DNA of 47,722 nucleotides from Pseudomonadota bacterium (lineage in GTDB: Bacteria > Pseudomonadota > Gammaproteobacteria > Steroidobacterales > Steroidobacteraceae). The position numbers were made by a program, and so were the translations under genes. Within the stretch, counting starts at the first letter, position 1, and the number at the start of each line of letters is the position of its first letter. The notes under the pieces were generated by a model. That model had not been told where the DNA came from and did not search any database. It was given only the letters and a program-made list of their open reading frames with translations. Below, one piece after another: positions 38,352 to 47,722 of the stretch. Where the stretch lies: assembly GCA_021808035.1 (NCBI GenBank), contig JAKBCG010000001.1, positions 1 to 47,722 on the forward strand. The letters are read 5' to 3'.

Positions 38352-39724
38352 AGGAACGAGGTCGAGCCTTGGAAGAGTTTCTCGACCGCGTCCATGTGGC
38401 GGCGGTCGGTCAGGAACAGGATCAGGTGGTCGTCCGGCTGGATCGTCGTGTCGTGATGCGCGATGATCACGTCCTCGCCGCGCACCACCGCGCCGAGCGT
38501 CGTGCCCTCCGGCAAGGCGATCTCCTCGATGCGCCGGCCGATCACGCGCGAGCTGTCGGCGTCACCGTGGACGACCACTTCGAGCGCCTCGGCCGCGCCG
38601 CGCCGCAGCGCATGCACCCGCACGACGTCGCCGTGGCGCACGTGGGCGAGCAGCGAACCGATCGTGACCGTCTGCGGCGAGATCGCGATGTCGATGGACC
38701 CGCTCTCGATCAGCTCCGAATACGACGGCTTGTTGATCAGCGCCATCACCTTGTGTGCGCCGAGCCGTTTCGCGAGCATCGCGGAGAGTATGTTCGCCTC
38801 CTCGGAGTTCGTCAGCGCCGCGAACACGTCGGCGCTGTCGATGTTCTCCTCCAGCAGCAGATCCTCGTCGGCCGCGTCGCCGTGCAGCACGGTGGTGCTC
38901 TTGAGCTGCTCCGAGACGCGCCGCGCGCGCTTGCCGTCGCGCTCGATCAGCTTGACCTGGTTCTTGTCCTCGAGCTCGCTCGCAAGCCGGTAGCCGATGT
39001 TGCCGCCGCCCGCGATCACGACCCGCCGCGCGGGCGCCTCCTCCCGGCGCAGCTCGCGCATCACGACGCGGATGTCGTCACGGGCCGCGAGGAAGAAGAC
39101 CTCGTCGCCATCCTCGATCACGGTGGTGCCTTCCGGCTTGATGCTCTTGCCGGCGCGGTAGATCGCCGCGACGCGCGCCTCCTTCGTCGGGATGTGCTCG
39201 CGCAGCGTCTTCAAGGCCTGGCCGACCAAGGGTCCGCCCTGCAGCGCGCGGATTCCGACGAGGCGCACGCGTCCGTCGGCGAAATCGAGGACCTGCAGCG
39301 CGCCGGGGTAGCGGATCAGGCGCGCGACGTGCTCCGTGACGAGCTGCTCGGGGCTGATCCACAGATCCACCGCGATGCCCTGCTCGCCGAACAGCCGGTC
39401 CCGCTCGGTGAAATCCGCCGAGCGCACCCGCGCGATCTTCTTCGGGGTGCGGTACAAGGTCCACGCGATGTGGCACGCGAGCATGTTCACTTCGTCGCTG
39501 TTGGTCAGCGCGACGAGCACGTCCGTGCTCGCGATTCCCGCCGCCTCGAGGATTCGCGGGCTCGCCGCGTTGCCGCTGACCGAACGGATGTCGAGGCGGT
39601 CCTGCAGATCGCGCAGCACCTCCTCGTCCGAGTCGATCACGGTGACGTCGTTCGCCTCCTCGCGCGACAGATGGTAGGCGAAGGTCCGGCCGACCTGGCC
39701 GGCCCCGAGTATGATGATCTTCAC
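38348..39724 (-). CDS. trkA: Trk system NAD-binding component TrkA
   Basis: 458 aa with two RCK/KTN repeats: MKIIILGAGQVGRTFA... and RVVIAGGGNIGYRLA... Confidence 0.96.
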   Translation of the reverse strand: MKIIILGAGQVGRTFAYHLSREEANDVTVIDSDEEVLRDLQDRLDIRSVSGNAASPRILEAAGIASTDVLVALTNSDEVNMLACHIAWTLYRTPKKIARVRSADFTERDRLFGEQGIAVDLWISPEQLVTEHVARLIRYPGALQVLDFADGRVRLVGIRALQGGPLVGQALKTLREHIPTKEARVAAIYRAGKSIKPEGTTVIEDGDEVFFLAARDDIRVVMRELRREEAPARRVVIAGGGNIGYRLASELEDKNQVKLIERDGKRARRVSEQLKSTTVLHGDAADEDLLLEENIDSADVFAALTNSEEANILSAMLAKRLGAHKVMALINKPSYSELIESGSIDIAISPQTVTIGSLLAHVRHGDVVRVHALRRGAAEALEVVVHGDADSSRVIGRRIEEIALPEGTTLGAVVRGEDVIIAHHDTTIQPDDHLILFLTDRRHMDAVEKLFQGSTSFL

Positions 39725-39754
39725 GGCGCGGTCAGCTCCCCGGTCGCGGGCCGT

Positions 39755-41905
<2,151 letters not shown>

Positions 41906-41968
41906 CAGGGCGGGAATTGTACTGTAACCGGCGTGAGCACCGCCGCGCGTCGCGTCGGCGGCCGCGGA

Positions 41969-43042
41969 TCAGTCCGTCGGCGTGCCCCGCGACCGGGCTT
42001 CTTCGGCGAAAAGGACCAGTGACAGCGTGAGCGAGAGGATGATCGGCCCGGCAATGATCCCGATCGGTCCGAACGCCGAGATTCCGCCGAGCACGCCGAT
42101 GAAGACGACCAGCGCGGACACCGGCCCCCGGCCCGAAATCAACATCGGCTTCAGCACGTTGTCGATGCTCGAGAGCATGAGTCCCCAGATCGACATGAAG
42201 ATCCCGTAGCCCCAGCGCCCATCCACGAACAGCCACAGCGCGGCGGGCATCCACACGAGCGCCGTTCCGCCGAGCGGGAGCATCGCGAGCAGCGCGCCGA
42301 GCACGCCGAACACGACCGGCGATGCGAGATCGGCGATCGCGAATCCGACGCCGAGAACGATCCCCTGGACGATCGCGGTCATCGTCGTCCCGTAGACGAT
42401 CGCGCGGGTGACGCCGCCCAGGCGTTCGAGGAGCCGCTCCTCGTGCGCGGGATCGAGCGGGATCCAGGCGCGGACGCGCGCGATCATCGCGTCGCCATCG
42501 CGCAGGAAGAAGAACAGCAGCACGAGCATCAGCGCGATCCCGAAGAGTGAACTGACCGCGCCGAGGAAGAAGGAACCACCAAGACCGGCGGCGCGCTGCA
42601 GCGTTTCGCGCGCGCCGGAGACCATCCAGCTGCGCACCTCCTCGCCGGAGAACAGCCCGTGGGCGGCGAACCAGTCGTAGATCCGCGCGGCAGTCGGAAA
42701 CTGCCGCAGATCGCCGGTCGACAGCGGCGCGAAGTGCGGCGCGATCGCTTCGATCCGCTGCAGCAGCGCGGAGATCTGCGCGACGAACGCGATCGACAGC
42801 GCCGACAGCGGCAGCAGCACTCCGACGGGAGCGAGCACGGTCAGAACCCCGGCCGCGAGGCCCGCGCGGCCGCGCAGCCGGCGGCGCAGTCGGTGGTTCA
42901 GCGGAAACAGCAGGAACGCGAGCACCGCCGCCCAGGCCATCGGCGTCACGAACGGCGCGAAGATCCGCCACAGCGCGACCCCGAGCAGGCCTGCGACGGC
43001 GAGCGCGACGACGCGCGGATAGAACGCGGAAGCGGCCGGCAT
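41969..43042 (-). CDS. AI-2E family transporter (PerM/UPF0118)
   Basis: 357 aa with about 8 TM helices. ..FAPFVTPMAWAAVLAFLLFPL...; IVYGTTMTAIVQGIVLGVGF; PIGIIAGPIILSL. Confidence 0.85.
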   Translation of the reverse strand: MPAASAFYPRVVALAVAGLLGVALWRIFAPFVTPMAWAAVLAFLLFPLNHRLRRRLRGRAGLAAGVLTVLAPVGVLLPLSALSIAFVAQISALLQRIEAIAPHFAPLSTGDLRQFPTAARIYDWFAAHGLFSGEEVRSWMVSGARETLQRAAGLGGSFFLGAVSSLFGIALMLVLLFFFLRDGDAMIARVRAWIPLDPAHEERLLERLGGVTRAIVYGTTMTAIVQGIVLGVGFAIADLASPVVFGVLGALLAMLPLGGTALVWMPAALWLFVDGRWGYGIFMSIWGLMLSSIDNVLKPMLISGRGPVSALVVFIGVLGGISAFGPIGIIAGPIILSLTLSLVLFAEEARSRGTPTD

Positions 43043-43141
43043 TGACGCATCCTAGCACCGGGATGCCGCCACGGGTCCGGACCGGGTACCATCGCGGCAC
43101 GCGCGACGGATCGCCGGCGCGGGCACGACGGGGGTGGAGCG

Positions 43142-43606
43142 ATGGTCGAGATCCAGGTCAATGGCCGGACGTTGCGGGTCGACGCGGCGCCGGATACGCC
43201 GCTGTTGTGGGTGTTGCGCGACCACTTGAACCTCACGGGGACGAAGTACGGCTGCGGTCGCGCGCTCTGCGGCGCATGTACGGTGCACCTCGACGGCGTC
43301 GCCGTACGTTCCTGCGTGCTGCCGGTCGGCGACGTCGGCCGGCGCGCCGTGACGACGATCGAGGGTTTGGCGCCGGATCGCTCCGACCCGGTGCAGCGCG
43401 CGTGGATCGAGCTCGACGTACCGCAGTGCGGGTACTGTCAGTCGGGGCAGATCATGGCGGCGGCGGCGCTCCTGCGCCTGCATCCGGCCCCGTCCGACGC
43501 CGACATCGACGCGGCGATGGCTGGCAACCTCTGTCGTTGCGGGACGTACGCGCGGATCCGCCATGCGGTGCATCGTGCGGCCGAGCTCGCGCGCGGGGAG
43601 GGTTGA
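43142..43606 (+). CDS. (2Fe-2S)-binding small subunit of an IorAB/aldehyde-oxidoreductase-type molybdoenzyme
   Basis: 154 aa with SD GGGGGTGGAG. The cluster I motif is [16 protein letters not shown]. The cluster II motifs are [17 protein letters not shown] and [11 protein letters not shown]. Confidence 0.92.
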   Translation: MVEIQVNGRTLRVDAAPDTPLLWVLRDHLNLTGTKYGCGRALCGACTVHLDGVAVRSCVLPVGDVGRRAVTTIEGLAPDRSDPVQRAWIELDVPQCGYCQSGQIMAAAALLRLHPAPSDADIDAAMAGNLCRCGTYARIRHAVHRAAELARGEG

Positions 43607-43610
43607 AGCG

Positions 43611-45842
43611 ATGGCGACCGAGAACGATCGCGCGACCGGCGCGGCTCCGGTACGGTGGACTCGCCGCGACTTCATGGGTTCGGCGTTGTCCGCGGGCGGC
43701 TTGGTGATCGCGATGAACCTGCCGTTGCCCGCGAAGGCGGCGACGAGGTCGGGCCGCGCGCCCGCCCAATTGAACGCATGGCTGCGGATCGCGCCGGACG
43801 ACACCATCACGATCCTCGTCGATCGCTCCGAGATGGGTCAGGGCGTCTATACCGCGCTGCCGACCCTGATCGCCGAGGAGTTGGAGATCGAGCTCGATCG
43901 CGTCGCGATCGTCGCCGCGCCGGTCGGTGACGCGTACTTCAACGCGGCGAACGTCGGTCAGGTCACGGGCACGAGCAACAGCGTCCAGGATGCCTGGGTC
44001 AAGTTGCGGACGGCCGGCGCGCAGGCGCGCACGATGCTGGTCGCCGCTGCGGCGGCCCGCTGGGGCGTCGATCCGGGCGAATGCCGCGCGCGACATGGCG
44101 TGATCACCAACGCCGCCGGGGACCGGTTCACGTATGGCGCGGTCGCGGCGGACGCGGCACGGCTGCCGGTGCCTGCGCACGTCGCGTTGAAGCCGGCGAG
44201 CCAGTTCGAGTTGATCGGCCGCGACTTGCCCCGGACCGACACCCCGGCGAAGGTCGACGGGAGCGCGCAATTCGGGATCGACGTACGCCTGCCGGGAATG
44301 CTCTACGGCGCGCTCGCGCAGAGTCCCGTGCTCGGGGGCTGGCCCGATTCGGTCGATTCGACCGAGGCCGGGAAGATGCCCGGGGTCCGCCTGGTGCTCG
44401 CGCTGGACAGCGGCGTGCTGGTCGTCGCCGACCACTATTGGCAGGCGCTCGCCGCGCGTCGCGCGCTGCGGGTGCGCTGGAACCCCGGCCCGAACGCGAC
44501 GCTGGGGGATGCGGCGATCCGCGAGTCCCTGCGGCGCACCGAGGCCGGGGACCCGGGACTCGTCGCGCGCGCCGACGGCGACGCCGACGCCGCGTTGGGG
44601 CGCGCGGCGCGCACTCATTCGGCGGTCTACGAAGTGCCGCTGCTCGCGCACGCGACGATGGAGCCGATGAACTGCACCGCCGACGTGCGCGCCGACGGCT
44701 GCGACCTGTACGTCGGCACCCAGGTCCAGCAGCTGTCGCAGGCGGCCGCGGCGGTCGCCGCCGGCGTGCCGCCCGATCGGGTCCGGGTCCACACGACCTT
44801 TCTCGGCGGCGGCTTCGGCCGGCGCCTCGACGTCGATTTCATTCCGGCCGCTGTCGCCGGCTCGCATGCGCTCGGCAGGCCGGTCCAGGTGATCTGGACC
44901 CGCGAGGACGACATGACCCACGATACCTATCGCCCGCCCGCGGTCGAGCGGATCAGCGCCGGTTTCGACGCCGCGGGCAAGGTCGACGCGTTCAAGCTGC
45001 ACATCGTGAGCCCGTTGATCACCGCACGGATGTTCCCGCCGGTGACCGGCGTCGACCCCGAGGTCGTCGAGGCGGCGGTGAACTGCGCGTACGGCATACC
45101 GAATTTCCTGGTCACCTACACGCGCCAGGAGATCGGGATCAACGTCGGTTACATGCGCTCGGTCAGCCATGCGGCGAACTGTTTCGTGATCGAGAGCTTC
45201 GTCGACGAGCTCGCGGCGCTCGCGCGCAAGGACCCGTACGATTTCCGGATGGAACTGCTCGCGACCAAGCCGCGTCACCGCCGGGTACTCGAGACCGCTG
45301 CGCGGCTCGCCGGGTGGGGCAAGCCCGCACCCGGCCGGCATCTCGGGCTCGCGCTGATGGAAGGTTATGCGACGCGGATCGCCCAGGTCGCCGAGATCTC
45401 GGTCGACGGCGGTGTTCCGCGGGTCCACCGGATCGTCTGCGCGGTCGACTGCGGGCAGATGGTCAATCCTCGTATCGTCGAGTCCCAGATCGAGAGCGGG
45501 ATCGTATTCGGCCTGAGCGAGGCGCTCTGGGGCGAGATCACGATCGCGAACGGCGTGGTGCAGCAGACGAACTTCGACGGCTATCGGGTGTTGCGGGCGA
45601 ACGAGATGCCGCAGATCGTGGTCGAGCTCCTGCCGAGCGAGGAGCCGCCGGGAGGCATCGGCGAAGTGGCCGTGCCGCTCGTCGCCCCGGCGGTGTGCAA
45701 CGCGTGGTTCGCAGCGACCGGTGAGCGGGTGCGTTCGCTCCCGCTCCTTTCGGGCCGCGCGGCGGCCGCGGCCGCCGTCAGACGCGGATCAGGAAATAAT
45801 GATCGAGGATCAGCGCCGCGAACAACAGCATCAGATAAGTGA
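43611..45842 (+). CDS. molybdopterin-binding large subunit (xanthine dehydrogenase family, IorB-like) with Tat signal
   Basis: ATG 43611 follows GGGGAGGG. The twin-arginine motif is WTRRDFMGSALSAGGLVIAMNLPLPAKA. Family blocks present: SEMGQGVYTALP, EPMNCTA, GGGFGRR, VDCGQMVNPRIVESQIESGIVFGLS and GIGEVAVPLVAPAV. The low-complexity 35-aa tail overlaps ctaB/cyoE. Confidence 0.9.
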   Translation: MATENDRATGAAPVRWTRRDFMGSALSAGGLVIAMNLPLPAKAATRSGRAPAQLNAWLRIAPDDTITILVDRSEMGQGVYTALPTLIAEELEIELDRVAIVAAPVGDAYFNAANVGQVTGTSNSVQDAWVKLRTAGAQARTMLVAAAAARWGVDPGECRARHGVITNAAGDRFTYGAVAADAARLPVPAHVALKPASQFELIGRDLPRTDTPAKVDGSAQFGIDVRLPGMLYGALAQSPVLGGWPDSVDSTEAGKMPGVRLVLALDSGVLVVADHYWQALAARRALRVRWNPGPNATLGDAAIRESLRRTEAGDPGLVARADGDADAALGRAARTHSAVYEVPLLAHATMEPMNCTADVRADGCDLYVGTQVQQLSQAAAAVAAGVPPDRVRVHTTFLGGGFGRRLDVDFIPAAVAGSHALGRPVQVIWTREDDMTHDTYRPPAVERISAGFDAAGKVDAFKLHIVSPLITARMFPPVTGVDPEVVEAAVNCAYGIPNFLVTYTRQEIGINVGYMRSVSHAANCFVIESFVDELAALARKDPYDFRMELLATKPRHRRVLETAARLAGWGKPAPGRHLGLALMEGYATRIAQVAEISVDGGVPRVHRIVCAVDCGQMVNPRIVESQIESGIVFGLSEALWGEITIANGVVQQTNFDGYRVLRANEMPQIVVELLPSEEPPGGIGEVAVPLVAPAVCNAWFAATGERVRSLPLLSGRAAAAAAVRRGSGNNDRGSAPRTTASDK

Positions 45843-46695
45843 TCGAGTACCGGAAGGTGCGCATCGCCATGTCGGCGCGGCGACCTCGACGCAATTCGAA
45901 CGCGTAGTACAGGAACCGGGCGTTCAGCGGCAGCACCGCGACCAGGTACACGAGCCCCGAGAGCCGCGTGAGGACCGGGAGCAAGGTGCACAGCACCAGC
46001 AGGACCGTGTACAGCACGATCTGCAGTCGCGTGAATTCGATGCCGTGGGTCACCGGCAGCATCGGGATCCCGACCTTCGCGTATTCGTCGCGCCGCGCGA
46101 TCGCGAGCGCCCAGAAATGTGGCGGCGTCCACGTGAAGATGATCAGGAACAGCGGCAACGCATGCGGATCGAGGTGGCCGGTCACCGCGGCCCAGCCGAG
46201 CAGCGGCGGCGCCGCGCCGGCGGCGCCGCCGATCACGATGTTCTGGGGCGTGGCGCGCTTCAGCCAGCGCGTGTAGACCAGCGCGTAGCCGATCAATGAA
46301 GCGAAGGTCAGCACCGCGGTCAACGGGTTCACGCCGAACCACAGCACCATCATCGAGACGATCGCGAGCGCGGTCGCGAATGAAAGCGCCTGCGATTCGC
46401 CGAGGCTGCCGGTCGGCAGCGGCCGGCCGCGCGTGCGCGACATCTGCTGGTCGATCCGGCGGTCCAGCACGTGGTTGAACGCTGCCGCGGATCCCGACGC
46501 CAGCGCGATCCCGAGGGTGCCGAGGAGCAGGGGTTCGAGCGGCACCATACCCGGCGACGCGAGCAACATCCCGACGACCGCGGTGAAAACGATCATCAGG
46601 CTGACCTTCGGCTTGGTCAGCTCCAGGAAATCGCGCCATCGGCCCACGCCGGCCGGGGCGGCTGCGACCACGGAATTCTCCGGAACGATCGGCAT
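45778..46695 (-). CDS. cyoE: protoheme IX farnesyltransferase (heme O synthase)
   Basis: 305 aa. FLELTKPKVSLMIVFTAVVGM, FNHVLDRRIDQQMSRTRGRPLPTG and PPHFWALAI are UbiA-family CtaB/CyoE motifs. It lies directly downstream of the heme A synthase gene. Confidence 0.95.
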   Translation of the reverse strand: MPIVPENSVVAAAPAGVGRWRDFLELTKPKVSLMIVFTAVVGMLLASPGMVPLEPLLLGTLGIALASGSAAAFNHVLDRRIDQQMSRTRGRPLPTGSLGESQALSFATALAIVSMMVLWFGVNPLTAVLTFASLIGYALVYTRWLKRATPQNIVIGGAAGAAPPLLGWAAVTGHLDPHALPLFLIIFTWTPPHFWALAIARRDEYAKVGIPMLPVTHGIEFTRLQIVLYTVLLVLCTLLPVLTRLSGLVYLVAVLPLNARFLYYAFELRRGRRADMAMRTFRYSITYLMLLFAALILDHYFLIRV

Positions 46696-46699
46696 CGAG

Positions 46700-47680
46700 C
46701 TAGGTTACCACGGCGAGGACCGGCGACGGCCACAGCCGGCGCAGCACGGTCACCATCGACAGCAGCAGGAGCGCTGCCCCGGCGTTGTGCATCGTCGCGA
46801 GCGGCAGCGGAAAGCCGAAGTGCACCATCGACACGCCGATCGTGATCTGCAGCAGCACCGCGAAGATCAGGAAGGCGCCCGCGCGTCGCAGCCGCGGTCC
46901 GGCGGCCCGCCGCACCGTGAGGATCCCGAGCGTGACCAGCGCGACCCCGGTGATCACCGCGCCGAGTCGGTGGGTGACCTGGATCGCTATGCGAGCCGGA
47001 TTGGACAGGATCCCACCGTCGTAATCGATGTCGAGCCCGCGCCACAGCACGAAGGCGTCGCGGAAATCCATCTGCCGCGGCCACCACGAGGCCTGGCAGG
47101 TCGGCAGGTCGGGACAGGCCGCCGCCGCGTAGTTGGTGCTGGTCCAACCGCCGAGCGCGATCTGCAGCGCGAGGAGCACGAGGCACACGAGCGCGAATGC
47201 GCGCAGCGAGCGCTCGCGCGCGGTCGCGTCGCGCCGCTCCGGCTCCATCGACAGCCACCAGAGGATCGACAAGGTCGTCAGTCCGCCGAGCAGATGGCTG
47301 GTCACGATCAGCGGCTTCAACAGCATCGTGACGGTGAGCGCGCCGAGCGCGCCCTGGACGCAGACCATCACGAACAGCGCGACCGCCGCACCGAGCGGCT
47401 GCCCGCGGGTCTTGCGGTTCGCGACCGCCCACGACAGCAGCACCATGATCACGACCCCGAGCGTGGTCGCGAAGTACCGATGGATCATCTCGTGCAGGGC
47501 CTTGTGGAAGCCCCTTCCAGCCTCGGGGAACACGTGGCCGTAGCATCCCGGCCAGTCCGGGCAGCCGAGACCGGCGTCGGTCAGCCGCACCCAGGCACCG
47601 AGCACGACGACGATCGATGCGAGCAGTGCGCCGGCGAGCGCGATGCGCCGGAACCAGAGAACACGTCGTTGGGATTGCAT
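46700..47680 (-). CDS. ctaA: heme A synthase (COX15/CtaA)
   Basis: 326 aa. GAWVRLTDAGLGCPDWPGCYG, HEMIHRYFA and QVTHRLGAVI (His ligands), with 8 TM helices. Confidence 0.93.
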   Translation of the reverse strand: MQSQRRVLWFRRIALAGALLASIVVVLGAWVRLTDAGLGCPDWPGCYGHVFPEAGRGFHKALHEMIHRYFATTLGVVIMVLLSWAVANRKTRGQPLGAAVALFVMVCVQGALGALTVTMLLKPLIVTSHLLGGLTTLSILWWLSMEPERRDATARERSLRAFALVCLVLLALQIALGGWTSTNYAAAACPDLPTCQASWWPRQMDFRDAFVLWRGLDIDYDGGILSNPARIAIQVTHRLGAVITGVALVTLGILTVRRAAGPRLRRAGAFLIFAVLLQITIGVSMVHFGFPLPLATMHNAGAALLLLSMVTVLRRLWPSPVLAVVT

Positions 47681-47685
47681 GTCGT

Positions 47686-47722
47686 TCAGCCGATGGTCGA
47701 GAGTTGGAGGAGGCGCTGCAGG
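47686..47722 (-). CDS. 3' end of an unidentified upstream gene (12 codons only)
   Basis: The minus-strand frame reads ...LQRLLQLSTIG then TGA (47688-47686), 5 nt before ctaA. It is too short to identify, and only its position in a cox-type cluster suggests it is genic. Confidence 0.25.
   Translation of the reverse strand, partial: LQRLLQLSTIG

Overview
This is a 47.7-kb, very GC-rich chromosomal segment. My hand counts of single 60-nt lines give about 70-75% GC in most genes. The organism looks like a gammaproteobacterium: the yibN-grxC-secB-gpsA / envC synteny matches E. coli, glyQ and glyS are split, GyrB carries the long proteobacterial insert, and glnA-ntrBC is present. The overall style resembles Xanthomonadales/Nevskiales-type genomes, but that is only an impression.

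I call about 45 tightly packed protein genes. In order they are:
- gyrB (5' truncated by the window edge)
- a small TIGR04076-like protein coupled to an aldo/keto reductase
- a TonB-dependent receptor (TBDR) plus an MFS transporter
- a short ICMT-like protein, plsC, glyS and glyQ
- glnA, a DUF4124 protein, ntrB and ntrC
- trmL, gpsA, secB, grxC and a rhodanese
- an envC-like gene, ctpA, a GGDEF-type protein and pbpG
- a second TBDR preceded by a TPP riboswitch
- MAPEG, SRPBCC, DUF360/holin-like and EamA proteins
- tatABC and dtd
- a lower-GC block (bdhA, carboxylesterase, third TBDR, divergent tetR)
- an alpha/beta hydrolase, trkH, trkA, uvrD and an AI-2E transporter
- an IorAB-type molybdoenzyme, and heme O / heme A synthases

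I found no rRNA, no complete tRNA, no CRISPR array, no IS/transposase/integrase, no phage genes and no recognisable defence or toxin-antitoxin genes. Most of the window is ordinary core genome, and I see no convincing evidence for a wholly new multi-gene system.

The loci most worth a second look are:
1. the TPP-riboswitch-controlled orphan TonB-dependent receptor (23.5-25.8 kb)
2. the lower-GC TetR-associated TBDR-carboxylesterase-3-hydroxybutyrate dehydrogenase module welded onto dtd (30.1-35.9 kb)
3. the translationally coupled TIGR04076-like/AKR pair (1.85-3.3 kb)
4. a GADEF-variant GGDEF protein embedded in a cell-wall remodelling cluster, whose 3' end contains a tRNA-3'-end-like fragment

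The many very long ORFs antisense to real genes are high-GC artefacts. All protein identifications come from motif and family recall by eye, not from searches.
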